NCBI GenBank assembly: GCA_965140415.1
Contig: OZ223209.1
Span: forward strand, 1,344,001 to 1,408,000
Length of the DNA: 64,000 nucleotides
Direction of reading: 5' to 3'
Origin: Myxococcota bacterium
Lineage (GTDB): Bacteria > Myxococcota_A > SURF-8
The notes under the pieces were generated by a model. It was not told the DNA's origin. It saw nothing but the letters and a program-made list of their open reading frames with translations, and made no database searches. Made by a program: the position numbers and the translations under genes. Numbering within the stretch: position 1 is the first letter of the stretch; every line of letters starts with the position of its first letter. Shown here one piece after another: positions 29,419 through 39,899 of the stretch.

Positions 29419-31791
29419 CTATTTGCGTTTGTCGAAGAAAGAGAGACCATCGAAATAAAAGTGGCGATGGTTTCGCCCGACAAGGACGTTGGCTGCCAGT
29501 CTGGCGCTTTCGAGTGCGCGCCAGTCCGAAACGGACAAGGGTAGCGAAAGCGCATCCAGGCTTTGCAATGGTTCATTGCGTTCGTATTGCTCGCAGAGTT
29601 TTATGTGCCGCGTTTCAAGCCGTTTTAACAATGCCTGGCTCCAGCCATCCACTTCGAACTCTTTTGCCACAGAAGAATTCTGTAGCACCACATCGTGCCT
29701 TTCCTGTTCCATAGCGGCGCTATCACTGTTCTGCAATAGTCGTAGCGAACTTCCAAGCGAGTAGGCATAGCCCAAAAGTGGCAACTCGTAGGTGGCCAAT
29801 ACGCCGCGTCCCCAGGAGGCGTTGCGGTAGCCACGCTGCAACAGGTCTGTCAGTCGTTTTGTAAGCGGTGCGCCGCGCAGACTGTGACCGATGCTGTTTG
29901 TCTGGCCTTCACCATAGCTTTCGGAAAACATCAATCGAAGCAGTCTTTCGGCTTCTTCCGCGCTGGGACGCCAGGCCATGCGCGCCAGCAGGCTGCGGGC
30001 CAATGGCAGCGTTTGCTCCGCTTTAAAATGCATAAGCGAGATAGTCGCTGCATAATGCGCTGCATAGGCCAGCACGCCGTTTTGAATTCGGAGAATGCAG
30101 GCTTCATTTTTTCGCTCTGCCAGTCGCAAGGGATCTTTTTCGTCCATCAGTTGCGGATCGCCGTTGTCGGCGAAGGATTGGACCGTGCCGTGCGGAGCAG
30201 GGCTGAAGGCTTCCAGGGCATGCAGGAAAGAGAAGGCCGAAAAACCGTAATATCCCAGGTGGCGGCGGTCGGCCAGAACGCCCGTGCACAGACTTTTCCC
30301 GCCCAGATACTGGTTCCGCTCGCCTTTGAATGCAAGGTACAATCCTTGCAGCGAGGGGAAGTCGGGCTGTTGTCCGAATAGTTCGCCCAACAGGCGTTGT
30401 GTGGTTCCGGCCCAGCCAATGTCCACTAAGCCCACGCGACCACCGGCTAAAAATCCGGTGCGTTTAAGGTATCGTTGCAGGGCGCTACGCCTTGCCGCAG
30501 CAGTCTCGAAAAGTTTCTGTTGCAAGTCCTTGTCGGTCAATAGATCAAGGAATTCCGGGGACTCCAGGTCGTCTTCCGTCAGCGGCTGGCTGGGAGACAA
30601 CTTCACTCGGCGGCAGGCATCGTCGATGACTTCCCCAGGCAGGCCATAGCGGTATAGCGCAGAGCGCAACGTGAGCGGATTGGAAGCGAGCCAGTGCGAG
30701 AAATCTTTTTTCACCAGCCGGTTGCGGGAAGCCGGAAAGACGGCTGCCCGGCTAAGCGCCAGATAGTTGGAGGCCACACAGTCCATTCCGGGCAGCGTCG
30801 GAGCGAGAATATCGTAGATGCGCTGATACAGGTACCCATCGCGCGCCATGAAATATAGCCGGTCCAATCGCTGTTCGCGGCTGATCTCGCAAACGCGATG
30901 CACGAAGGGCAGAAGCACCGGTCCCAGTTGCTCGTAGCCAAAGGCCATGTCGCGACTCATGTTGAGTCGACTATCCTGCTTTGCGGCGACGGCAACGAAA
31001 ACGCCGCTCCAGCGCTCGTTGGTCTGGCTGTGACGGTATTGGCGTTGCAGAAAGTCGCGCCGTTTTATGTCGCGTTTGTCGGACCAGATGAAGGCTCTGA
31101 TTCCCTGCCGTGCCGGAACGCGGCCATCGGAATATACGTTGTCGCCGATGTGCAACAGGTTGGCGGCTTGCAAGCCTTCCGCTTGCAGCAGACGGCGAAA
31201 GAGCTTTCCGCTCCATTTATAGGCTCTCCAGTCGCTGGAGACATATCCGGTCTCGAAGCAATTTCCATAACCGTTTTTAGTCAGCAGTCGTTCGATTGCA
31301 GAGCGTCCCAGGTACATATCGGAGGCGAATAGCAACCTGACTCCGCGTTCGGCCAGCGAGCGAACGAAGTTAAGCATGGGGGTATTGGAGAAAGACGAAT
31401 CATACTCCTGCTGAATTTCGAACTCCACGATCTGCTCGGCGAAAAGGCGGCTGCGCTCGTCGTCTGTGCCAAGGCAGCGTGCCGTCCAGACCGGAGCGAA
31501 TTCGGCCAGGGTGCAGTCGGCATCGCCGTCTGCGGGACGTTTCTGACTGGCAACCTGTTGATACGCCTGCTCTCTGGCTTCGTGAACCGAAAGCAGGGGA
31601 GGGCGTCCGGCTTGCTGGCACAACTCTTCCAACTTCCGACAGGTGCCGTCGATGATGGCTTCCGCCGGGACGCGACGATGAATCAGGGTGTCGAACACGT
31701 CGAACGAAACCGCGCGAATATCTCCCCTGCGCCTGGCGCGATCCACGTGCCTGGCGAGTGAATCCAGGTGGGTGATTTTCTGAGCCATCAT
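29419..31791 (-). CDS. Large HAD-superfamily protein of glycan loci
   Basis: SFDVFDTL, SDMY, HIGDN..SDG, ARDGY, VDIGWAGTTQ. Confidence 0.85.
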   Translation of the reverse strand: MMAQKITHLDSLARHVDRARRRGDIRAVSFDVFDTLIHRRVPAEAIIDGTCRKLEELCQQAGRPPLLSVHEAREQAYQQVASQKRPADGDADCTLAEFAPVWTARCLGTDDERSRLFAEQIVEFEIQQEYDSSFSNTPMLNFVRSLAERGVRLLFASDMYLGRSAIERLLTKNGYGNCFETGYVSSDWRAYKWSGKLFRRLLQAEGLQAANLLHIGDNVYSDGRVPARQGIRAFIWSDKRDIKRRDFLQRQYRHSQTNERWSGVFVAVAAKQDSRLNMSRDMAFGYEQLGPVLLPFVHRVCEISREQRLDRLYFMARDGYLYQRIYDILAPTLPGMDCVASNYLALSRAAVFPASRNRLVKKDFSHWLASNPLTLRSALYRYGLPGEVIDDACRRVKLSPSQPLTEDDLESPEFLDLLTDKDLQQKLFETAAARRSALQRYLKRTGFLAGGRVGLVDIGWAGTTQRLLGELFGQQPDFPSLQGLYLAFKGERNQYLGGKSLCTGVLADRRHLGYYGFSAFSFLHALEAFSPAPHGTVQSFADNGDPQLMDEKDPLRLAERKNEACILRIQNGVLAYAAHYAATISLMHFKAEQTLPLARSLLARMAWRPSAEEAERLLRLMFSESYGEGQTNSIGHSLRGAPLTKRLTDLLQRGYRNASWGRGVLATYELPLLGYAYSLGSSLRLLQNSDSAAMEQERHDVVLQNSSVAKEFEVDGWSQALLKRLETRHIKLCEQYERNEPLQSLDALSLPLSVSDWRALESARLAANVLVGRNHRHFYFDGLSFFDKRK

Positions 31792-31807
31792 GGCGACGCC
31801 TGTTTCG

Positions 31808-32812
31808 TTAGCTCGGGCGTTTGCCCAGTTCCTCCAGTTTCAGTTGCAGTTCCTTGTTTTGCCGTTCGATACGGTACAATTCCCGCCGATTGGTAACAAT
31901 CAGCATGGATAGCAGTCCGAATGCGATCAGTTGCATACCGCCTAAAAAGAGCAGTACCAATAAGGTCATGGCGGGACGGGTCGGGTTGAGTGCGGCCAGT
32001 TGCCACAGGTAGACCAGGTAGCCGCCCAGCAGCAAGCTGCCCAGCATGGCAACGATTCCTAAAAGGCCGAACAACAAGAAAGGCCGCTCCGCGAAAACAA
32101 AGGCAAGATGGCTCATGATGATGGGCTTCATCTTGCTTTTGCTTTTGCCACGCTGGCGGCTGGCGAGTGTCGCAGGAATTTCCATGACCTTGTAACCCAG
32201 CGCCATGATTTTGGCGAGCACTTCCAGGTGGATCTCTTTTCCGTCCGACTCGATATCCAGTCTTTCCAGCACTTCGCGACGATAGGCGCGCACCACACAG
32301 GTGATCGTGTGCACGTCGCCCGGCAGGGTGCTGTTCAATAAACGGTTACCCATTTTCGAAACCAGGATCTTCACGAAATCCTTGCTTTCCACATTGCCGC
32401 CAGGCATGTAGGCGCTGGCCAGCACCACGTCCACATTGGGATGTTCCAATAAGGCGTTGTACATGCGCAGAATGTGGTCGGCGGAATAACTCAGGTCGGC
32501 ATCGATGGCGCAGATGATTTCCCCGCGTGCGGCGGCGAATCCGGTTTTCAAGGCGCGCCCGCGTCCCACGTTGATCGGGTAACCGGCGGGACAGATGCGC
32601 TCGTCCTTGTAGGATAAGGTTTGCAGGATGGCTGCCGTGTCGTCCTTGCTGCCGTCGTTCACGGGCACGAGTTCGAAATCTGTCATTCCTGCCTGTTGCA
32701 GGGTATCTGTCACGACAGAGAGGGTATGCTCCGCATTCTCGGCCTCGTTGTACATCGGAATGACAACGGATAATTTGGGTCTTTCAACGTTCTCGCTCAC
32801 GGTTTTGTCCAT
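31808..32812 (-). CDS. Glycosyltransferase family 2 (polyprenyl-phosphate glycosyltransferase-like)
   Basis: SVVIPMYNE, NDGSKD, DADL, two C-terminal TM helices; start ATG 32812 or GTG 32800. Confidence 0.9.
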   Translation of the reverse strand: MDKTVSENVERPKLSVVIPMYNEAENAEHTLSVVTDTLQQAGMTDFELVPVNDGSKDDTAAILQTLSYKDERICPAGYPINVGRGRALKTGFAAARGEIICAIDADLSYSADHILRMYNALLEHPNVDVVLASAYMPGGNVESKDFVKILVSKMGNRLLNSTLPGDVHTITCVVRAYRREVLERLDIESDGKEIHLEVLAKIMALGYKVMEIPATLASRQRGKSKSKMKPIIMSHLAFVFAERPFLLFGLLGIVAMLGSLLLGGYLVYLWQLAALNPTRPAMTLLVLLFLGGMQLIAFGLLSMLIVTNRRELYRIERQNKELQLKLEELGKRPS

Positions 32813-33927
32813 TCTCGGTCTAGGATTGAAATGATCTTCTCGGCGGCGTGTCCATCGCCGTACTGTTTGCGTGGCCTGACGCGTATTGCAAGCGCCCGGT
32901 TGACTGCCCGTACGATAGCCAGGGGTGTCGGGCCACACAGTCGATTCGCGCCATCTTCAAGTGTTTCGGTCCATTCTGTTTCTGTTCGAATGGTAACACA
33001 TGGTTTGGCCGCAAAGTAAGCCTCTTTTTGCAAACCGCCCGAATCGGTGATCAACAGCGAACTACAGTTGAGTGCCGTTTGCAGTTCGATATAACCCAAT
33101 GGACGAGATACACGCAGGTGCTGCTTCAATTCCTCCAAGGCTCCAATTGCTTGTAGAGCCTGTTCGGTGCGTGGATGCAGCGGCAATAGTAAAGGTAGCT
33201 TGCGGTTTATGCGCAGCAGTCCTTCCGCAATACCCAGCAGGTGTTCAGGAATATCCGTATTCTGCGGGCGGTGGATCGTCACCAGGCCAAAGCGTTCCGG
33301 CAATTTCAAGGCTTTTACCCGGCGTGGGTCGGGTACGCGGAACTGCTCCGATTGATCCAGCATGACGTCTCCGGTAAAAAACACGCCTTTGCGGATCGAG
33401 TCGCTTTTCAACTGGCGCACAGCCTGACGGGTAGGGCAGAAAAGCAGGTTGCTTATGATATCTATCGTGACGCGGTTGACTTCCTCCGGCATAAGCAGGT
33501 TGTGGCTGCGAAGCCCCGCTTCGACATGCGCCAGAGGCAGGTTATAATTGCGGGCGGCTAAGGCTCCCGCTAATGTGGAATTGGTATCGCCGTATACCAG
33601 AACGCCGGTCGGTTTTTCCTTTGCGAACAGTTCGTTTAATGCGTCGAGAATACGCCCGGTCATTTCGCCATGAGAGCCGCCGTTGATACCCATGTGGTGG
33701 TAGGGCTCGGCGATTTTCAGTTCACGAAAAATTTTTGTGGACATTTCGTAATCGAAGTGCTGCCCGGTGTGGATCAGTCGTTCGATGATAGGCGGACCAT
33801 GCTCGGCGCGATGAGCGCGGATCGCGCGTCCAAGTGGTGCGGCCTTGATGAATTGGGGCCGTGCGCCGACAATGGTGAAAATAACTCGTTTCTTGCGAGA
33901 AGTCATTTGAGCGGCTTCAATCTCCAT
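32797..33927 (-). CDS. wecB: UDP-N-acetylglucosamine 2-epimerase (non-hydrolysing)
   Basis: GARPQFIK, HTGQH, GDTNST, HVEAGLRS, TDSGGLQKEA. Confidence 0.95.
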   Translation of the reverse strand: MEIEAAQMTSRKKRVIFTIVGARPQFIKAAPLGRAIRAHRAEHGPPIIERLIHTGQHFDYEMSTKIFRELKIAEPYHHMGINGGSHGEMTGRILDALNELFAKEKPTGVLVYGDTNSTLAGALAARNYNLPLAHVEAGLRSHNLLMPEEVNRVTIDIISNLLFCPTRQAVRQLKSDSIRKGVFFTGDVMLDQSEQFRVPDPRRVKALKLPERFGLVTIHRPQNTDIPEHLLGIAEGLLRINRKLPLLLPLHPRTEQALQAIGALEELKQHLRVSRPLGYIELQTALNCSSLLITDSGGLQKEAYFAAKPCVTIRTETEWTETLEDGANRLCGPTPLAIVRAVNRALAIRVRPRKQYGDGHAAEKIISILDREWTKP

Positions 33928-33977
33928 ATCCGAATTCGAATTGTGTGAAACTGACGACGAGCGGTTAGTCGGTTCTC

Positions 33978-34625
33978 TTAATCCAGCACATTTCGTCGTC
34001 GCAAAAAGAAAAGTCCAGCTAACAGCAGCAGGCAGAACGTACCGCTAAAAGAATTTCCTTCAAAGGCATTGGAACAGCCGCATTCCCGCGTGCAGCGCTC
34101 TTCGTAGATGATTCTTCCCTCATCCTTGTCACCATCAACGGTAATCGCGTCGCCGTCTGTGACCGTATCGCCGTCTGCATCCATGTCACCGTCGATGGCC
34201 GTGTCGCCGTCAGTGGGCGTATCACCGTCAGCAGGCGTATCACCGTCAGCAGGCGTATCACCGTCAGTGGGCGTATCACCGTCAGTTGCCGTGTCACCGT
34301 CAGTTGGTGTGTCGCCGTCAATGGGTGTATCACCGTCAGTGGGAGTATCACCGTCAATGGGTGTATCACCGTCAATGGGTGTATCGCCGTCTGTATCCGT
34401 GTCACCATCAGCAGGCATATCACCGTCTGTGGGTGTGTCGCCGTCAGTGGGCGTGTCACCGTCAGCGGGTGTATCACCGTCAGTGGGCGTGTCACCGTCA
34501 GTGGGTGTATCACCGTCAATGGGTGTATCGCCGTCAGTGGGCAATTCGATATCACCATCAGCCCAGGCCGGAATTGCAAGCAACAACACCACACAACAAA
34601 GCCAGCAGCCCCACATCCGTTTCAT
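33978..34625 (-). CDS. Secreted DGD-repeat protein with C-terminal MYXO-CTERM-like anchor
   Basis: Signal peptide (AWA), 24 DGD units, then GCS..TM helix..RRR; AGGAG upstream of ATG 34625. Confidence 0.8.
   Translation of the reverse strand: MKRMWGCWLCCVVLLLAIPAWADGDIELPTDGDTPIDGDTPTDGDTPTDGDTPADGDTPTDGDTPTDGDMPADGDTDTDGDTPIDGDTPIDGDTPTDGDTPIDGDTPTDGDTATDGDTPTDGDTPADGDTPADGDTPTDGDTAIDGDMDADGDTVTDGDAITVDGDKDEGRIIYEERCTRECGCSNAFEGNSFSGTFCLLLLAGLFFLRRRNVLD
34128..34559. repeat. 18-bp coding tandem repeat (DGDTP[T/I/A])
   Basis: About 22 in-register copies of a GTRTCRCCGTCAGTGGGY-like unit. Confidence 0.95.
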
Positions 34626-34830
34626 ATCCTGAACTCCTGTATAAACGTTTTCGAGGATCAAACCGCATCCGGTTCGAGTGCAACCTGTGACAAATCAATA
34701 TTCAGTATAGCAGAAAACCAGGGAAAAGTCAGGTGTTGATTTAGTCAAGGTGAAATTGAATGCCGGAGACTTTTTGCCTGTGAGGATAAAGGCAAGCAAA
34801 CAGCAAAGGAGAGCAGTGGATTAACGAACG

Positions 34831-35181
34831 TTACTCGGTTTTCTCCGGCACGTATACCACCTCGCCGCTAGGCAGGCGATAAGCTACGCCCAGTCGTTGC
34901 CCGCTGCCGCCGACTTGCTCTTCGGTCATGCGAAAGCGGTCGATCTTGATACCCTTTTTCATGATGATTTCCATGTTGGCCTTGCCGGGATTCTTGACGA
35001 TCGCGACATCGGCATCGGATGAGAGCAGCTCCGGTACGCTTAGCGCCGTAAACATCGCCAGAATCAACGCCACGGCGAAGACCATCGCCACATCGAACAG
35101 GTTGGCGACCGCTCCCAACGGATCGTCGTCCGAAACATCGAGCAGGCGGCGATAACGTCTGCTGGTGGTGTCACGCTCCAT
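34831..35181 (-). CDS. DUF2149-like protein
   Basis: DDPLGAVANLFDVAMVF, KNPG...MEI, RLGVAYRL..G.VVYVPE. Confidence 0.85.
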   Translation of the reverse strand: MERDTTSRRYRRLLDVSDDDPLGAVANLFDVAMVFAVALILAMFTALSVPELLSSDADVAIVKNPGKANMEIIMKKGIKIDRFRMTEEQVGGSGQRLGVAYRLPSGEVVYVPEKTE

Positions 35182-35764
35182 GGCGATCCTCTTTCAGAGT
35201 GCGCGCCAGTCGCTCCAGATCGGCCATGTCCTTGGCATACCAGTATTGCCGGACGATCAGCATCACGTAACAGAGCGCACCAACCAATAGCCCCGCCACC
35301 GTGGTGCTGAACGCAATGATGAGATCGTTGGACATCACTGTGAGATTGCCTTTGGAGATGTTCATCAGCGCCGGTCCCATCGGGATCAGCGTGCCCATTA
35401 AACCGATCACCGGGCCGATTCGCAAACCGATGCGCAGGCGGGTCAGGCGCCTGGCCGCTTCGAATTCAACCGCTTCCAGCCAAACATCCGAAGCCTTGCT
35501 GCTTGCGTCTTTCACCGAAGTGGCGCGCACGAGTTCCGGTGCGAAAGGCAAGGACAGCCGCTCGGCGAGCGTCGCAGGCTTGCCGCTGGTCTCATGCAAC
35601 TGCGCATTCCATTTGGAAGCCTGTTTTCGCCGCTCGATCCATTCGCTTAAAAAGCCACCCGTTGCAAACAGCGACCAAACCAGCGCCGTCAGCACGGCCA
35701 GAACGACCGGCCCCTTCAGCGCCACCGTAATCGTATAGAGAATTGCTACTGCCGCTTCGATCAT
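35171..35764 (-). CDS. MotA/TolQ/ExbB proton-channel family protein
   Basis: GPVIGLMGTLIPMGPAL, AFSTTVAGL. Confidence 0.88.
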   Translation of the reverse strand: MIEAAVAILYTITVALKGPVVLAVLTALVWSLFATGGFLSEWIERRKQASKWNAQLHETSGKPATLAERLSLPFAPELVRATSVKDASSKASDVWLEAVEFEAARRLTRLRIGLRIGPVIGLMGTLIPMGPALMNISKGNLTVMSNDLIIAFSTTVAGLLVGALCYVMLIVRQYWYAKDMADLERLARTLKEDRHGA

Positions 35765-35766
35765 GA

Positions 35767-38700
35767 TTACTCGTTCCGTTTCCCTTTATTACGCGAAGAT
35801 CGCCAGAAAAATCCGGCCAGGACGATCAACAGCGCCATCCCTACCACGCCAAGCAGCATAGCATGATTGTCAAGCAAGGATGCTTTTTGGCGTTCGCTTT
35901 CTTTCTTCTCCAGTTTCTTTCCCTGTACCGGCTCCCGCGACGGGTCGATCGGATGGGCGGGGACGTTCAGTTCGGCGCATCGCTTCTGGTAGGCGTCCAG
36001 CAGGGCGTCCATTTCCGGGGTCTTCGGCGCGGAAAGCGTATCGGCTACAAAGCTTTCCAATTTTTCGTTGCCGCCTTCGCGCGGACCGCCTGCTCTGCCA
36101 TGCTCGGCCACCGAACGGGCATAGGCCGTCGTCACTTCCATGCGGGTTTTCTCATCGGCGTTCCAGAACCCCTTACGCATGGTTTCAAGCAGGGTCACGG
36201 CTACTTTCTGGAAGGCATGGGGATTGTTCTTGTCGAACCAGTCTTTCAGACCAAGCTTGCGGTTGTCGCGCACGTACACGTCGGTCAGGTCGTTCCAGTT
36301 GGAATCGGCCACGCTGCGCTCGCGCATGATTTCCCAGCCCATCAGGTTGTCGACGTTCTTCGCGATGATGTTGCCGCCTGCATAGCCTTCCTTCATCATG
36401 CCTTCGATCCACTTGGGATTGGTCAGCCGGGCGCGGAAATCCCGTTGAACCGCTTCGGTGGAATCCACCAACGACGCTTCCTCCGGGTCGCGCACATCGA
36501 CGAATAGATAATCCGGTTCCTTGCCGGTGATGTGCTTGATGGCCAGTGACAGGGTGCCGTCCACCCACCAGGTGAACTTGTTGGAAAGCACGAAATCGCG
36601 GTTGTCGTACCAGCTTCTAAGAATCAGTTCCGTGTCTTGGATGGCCGAATCGAAAGACAGCGCCGACTTTTCCCCCCAGACGCCATCAGCGTAAACGTAT
36701 TTGGACTCGTCCAGGTATACATCCAGCAGATCCTCGCGGGTTTCCCATTCGCCCGAGCGCTCGGTCAGATAAAAGAACCAGTTGTGGCTGTCGATAATCT
36801 CTTCCGGTTTGGCGCCGTACATACGCGCTTTGGATAGCGCCAGCGCCTTGTCAGTGGCGATGCCCTGTCCCTCCAACTGCGTGCGTATGGCCTCGCTGTT
36901 TCGATAGACCTGGTTGTTCGGCTCCTTTAACGACGCCGCCAGCCGGATCGCCTTGTCCAGCAGGTGCATCATGGAAGGCAGCTCGTCGCGATAGACACTG
37001 CGGGCCGATAAAAAGATGTCGATGCGCGGGCGACCGAGTTCGGCGGCGGGAATCAGTTCGACATCTCGCACGCGATTTTTGGCATCCCATACGGGGCGTA
37101 CGCCGATCAGCCGCAGGATCTGCGATTCGGTAATGCCGAAGTCGCTGTAAGTGGCAAAGGGAACCAGGCTGAACGCAATTTTCTTGGGGTAGCGGCCCTT
37201 GATGGATTTCTGCTCGGCCAGGTAGTCCTCGATCAACTTCGATCCCAGTTCCCAAGAAGCCCGTGTCGGCAGTTCCGCCGGGTTGAGCACGTACATGTTG
37301 CGTCCGGTGGGCAGTACGCCGGGATTGCGCTCCGGGTTGCCGGATGGCCCCGGCGGGATGAATTTGCCGTCCAGCGCAGCCAGGATGTTTTCAACTTCCT
37401 GCGGCGCTTTGTCCAGGTTCGCATTCAGTTCAACAGCGATCGCCAGGCTTTCCGAAACGGCTTTGGGCAGTTGCCCATCAGGCGCAACGCCGCCGCAGGC
37501 TTTAATGGCCTCCATCGAACTGAGCCCCTGCTTCAGCATCATCTGAAGAATCTCTTCTCCCTTTTTCTTCAAGAAGTCATCGTCCTTCTTGTCAGCTTGG
37601 GCGAACAACGTTCTGGAGGCTTTCAGATATCGCTTGCCCATGCAGTGGACGAGATAGGGCAGGCGCAGATTTTCGGCAGGCGCTTCGCCTAAAACGTGCA
37701 TGCTGGCGGGAATGAATTCGTTACTCAAGTCGTGCAGGTATTGCGAAACGACTTGTATATCCGCCTCCGTGAAACTGCCGTCCGCTCCAGCAGTCAAGGC
37801 CAGGTCGCGGTCCAGCTTGCAGGCTTTGATTTGTTTGGCAACGGAGGAGGAGAACTTCTTTTTCAGCGCACCAGCATCCAGCGCTTCGTACTTGTTGATG
37901 GTCGATTCCAGGTTGAGCAGTTCGTCCGACAGTCCCGCCTCCATTAGCGGCGGCGGCATGAAATCGATGGTGACGGCTCTGGCTCGGCGCTTACAGGGCA
38001 GGATCTCGGAAATGTTGCTGGAGAGCCACGGGTTGATGTTGGGCATGTTGCCGATCAGCATGTCGCTCCAGTCCGAGCGCGACATCACCGCCTGTTTGCC
38101 CGGATACAGCCATTCCTGACCGTGCGAGCCGAAATGAATCAGCGCGTCGGCCTTGTATTCCCGCTGCAACCAGAAGTAGGTCGCCAGGAAATGATGTGTC
38201 GGCGGCAATAGACTTTCATTGGGATCTTGCGCTTTCATCGAGGCGGTGATGGTTTCGCCTTTTAGCGGTTGGGTCAACAGGGTCACGTTGCCCAGATCGA
38301 TTTTCGGCAGAACCAGGTATCTCTTCCCTTTGTGCGTCCACACCATGATTTCGCCGGGAACGTCGCCCCATTGCTGGATCACTTCCTCTCGCCGCCATTG
38401 CGGTACGCTTTCTTCGAACCACAGGCGATAGCTATCCTCCGGCACCAGCGCCGCTTTACCGCTGCGGGCCAACTCGTCTATCAATGCCGGTTCCCATGCG
38501 CCCATCTGCCGTCCGTGATCGATGATGCGCGCCAGCAGTTCGTCTTCGTCGGTGGGCAGGTTTTTCACTCCGTATCCCGCCGCTTTCATGGCGGCCAGGA
38601 ACTTCACCAGGCTGCGTGGCGCGTTCAGATTGTGAGCCGGTCCGCTGAGCAGCCCCGCCTTGTCCGCTTCGCGGTCGTAACCGATCACGGCGATTTTCTT

Positions 38701-39801
38701 CTTTTCGTTCGGTTTGCGCGATAAGTCGATCCAGGCTTTGGCGCGGCCGACGATGCGCCGGATGCGATCCGGTATCGGCAGGATTTCCTCGCCGCCGTCG
38801 CCGCCAGATTCCGTGCCCCCGGCGGTCAGGCATTCCGTTGCACCCTTCAATTCGGAAGAAACGATCTGGTGGAAGATCTGACCTTTGGTCATTCCCGGCT
38901 GGTTGCTTTTGCGCCAGACGTCGATGGATTCGTGGGTGAACCACAGCGCATGGATGCGTACCACGCCGAGTTTCTCCCAGAATGCGGGCGGTTCGCGCGT
39001 GTGCGAGGTGAAAATAACCAGATCGGGTTTGTATTCCAACAGGTGTTCGCGGAACTTGGGATCGTCGGCCACCAGATCCAGTGTAAGCAGTCCCTGCTTT
39101 TCCAATGCCTCCACCAGGGCTTCGATTACCTTTGGTTGATGGAACAGAACGTGATGCCGCCAGGACGCGATGGCCACTCGCGGTGCGGCCTTCACATCCC
39201 AACCGTCTTTTTCCTTTCGGCTTAAAAAAACTTCGACGCTATCCAGATCGCCGTATCGGGGATGAAAAAGTTCCACCTGCTTTCCCTGTCCGGGCGGCAC
39301 GATTTCTCCCTTTCGCCCGAAATAGGTGATCAGCGCATAGCGCAGCATTTCCTTCATCGATTCCTTGGAAAGCCCGTAATAAGCCGCCATTTTCGGATCG
39401 ATTAGAAGATGTTGTGAACCGATCCACTCGCCCCAGGCATCGCAGATCGGCTTTGGACCCACACAGAAGATTTTCAATTCCGATTTTTTAGCCAGCGCAT
39501 CCGTTACCGCCTGCTTGTAGCGATCTTTCAAATGAGCGGAGGCAAACGAGGTGATGACGGCGTCGAATTCGGAGAGATCCGGCGGCTGTTCTTCGAAGCG
39601 TCCTGGTTTCAGTTGCGTGACGCCGACATGCAATTCCTGTTCGTAGGATTTCAGCGCATCCACCGCACCGCTTGCCATACCGATGATTCCAAAGGAAACC
39701 GCGTGATCCGATTCTGTGGATTGGCACCACCCGTAACAGGGCAGCAATAGACTGATAAGCACCAGCGCCAACAACCATCGTAACGATACATCCGCTTTCA
39801 T
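35767..39801 (-). CDS. CobN/magnesium chelatase H-family protein, exported and C-terminally anchored
   Basis: PPTHHFLA.Y, HFGSHG, LPTGRNMY, GRPRID, R..NPKWIEGMMKEGYAG; N-terminal signal peptide and C-terminal TM; start set at ATG 39801. Confidence 0.9.
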   Translation of the reverse strand: MKADVSLRWLLALVLISLLLPCYGWCQSTESDHAVSFGIIGMASGAVDALKSYEQELHVGVTQLKPGRFEEQPPDLSEFDAVITSFASAHLKDRYKQAVTDALAKKSELKIFCVGPKPICDAWGEWIGSQHLLIDPKMAAYYGLSKESMKEMLRYALITYFGRKGEIVPPGQGKQVELFHPRYGDLDSVEVFLSRKEKDGWDVKAAPRVAIASWRHHVLFHQPKVIEALVEALEKQGLLTLDLVADDPKFREHLLEYKPDLVIFTSHTREPPAFWEKLGVVRIHALWFTHESIDVWRKSNQPGMTKGQIFHQIVSSELKGATECLTAGGTESGGDGGEEILPIPDRIRRIVGRAKAWIDLSRKPNEKKKIAVIGYDREADKAGLLSGPAHNLNAPRSLVKFLAAMKAAGYGVKNLPTDEDELLARIIDHGRQMGAWEPALIDELARSGKAALVPEDSYRLWFEESVPQWRREEVIQQWGDVPGEIMVWTHKGKRYLVLPKIDLGNVTLLTQPLKGETITASMKAQDPNESLLPPTHHFLATYFWLQREYKADALIHFGSHGQEWLYPGKQAVMSRSDWSDMLIGNMPNINPWLSSNISEILPCKRRARAVTIDFMPPPLMEAGLSDELLNLESTINKYEALDAGALKKKFSSSVAKQIKACKLDRDLALTAGADGSFTEADIQVVSQYLHDLSNEFIPASMHVLGEAPAENLRLPYLVHCMGKRYLKASRTLFAQADKKDDDFLKKKGEEILQMMLKQGLSSMEAIKACGGVAPDGQLPKAVSESLAIAVELNANLDKAPQEVENILAALDGKFIPPGPSGNPERNPGVLPTGRNMYVLNPAELPTRASWELGSKLIEDYLAEQKSIKGRYPKKIAFSLVPFATYSDFGITESQILRLIGVRPVWDAKNRVRDVELIPAAELGRPRIDIFLSARSVYRDELPSMMHLLDKAIRLAASLKEPNNQVYRNSEAIRTQLEGQGIATDKALALSKARMYGAKPEEIIDSHNWFFYLTERSGEWETREDLLDVYLDESKYVYADGVWGEKSALSFDSAIQDTELILRSWYDNRDFVLSNKFTWWVDGTLSLAIKHITGKEPDYLFVDVRDPEEASLVDSTEAVQRDFRARLTNPKWIEGMMKEGYAGGNIIAKNVDNLMGWEIMRERSVADSNWNDLTDVYVRDNRKLGLKDWFDKNNPHAFQKVAVTLLETMRKGFWNADEKTRMEVTTAYARSVAEHGRAGGPREGGNEKLESFVADTLSAPKTPEMDALLDAYQKRCAELNVPAHPIDPSREPVQGKKLEKKESERQKASLLDNHAMLLGVVGMALLIVLAGFFWRSSRNKGKRNE

Positions 39802-39868
39802 ACAACCACCTATCGGCCCGCTCGGGCGCATTTCCATTTTACTCATAACCACCAAAAGACATGGATGC

Positions 39869-39887
39869 CGGATTCATTGAACCCGAC
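39869..39887. repeat. Degenerate copy of the CGGATTCA-N-TGAATCCG palindrome
   Basis: CGGATTCATTGAACCCGAC between the receptor and CobN-like genes. Confidence 0.55.
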
Positions 39888-39899
39888 ACAATCTATCCA

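Noticed and set aside
34128-34559. CRISPR array
   Set aside because: Contiguous 18-bp units without unique spacers, in frame within a protein; no cas genes
34019-34690. Alternative-frame repeat ORFs (PLTVIH, VSPS, HRQW)
   Set aside because: By-products of the stop-free repeat; only the DGD frame has an RBS, signal peptide and anchor
35767-39801. De novo cobalamin biosynthesis cluster
   Set aside because: No other cob/cbi genes nearby, and the CobN-like protein looks exported
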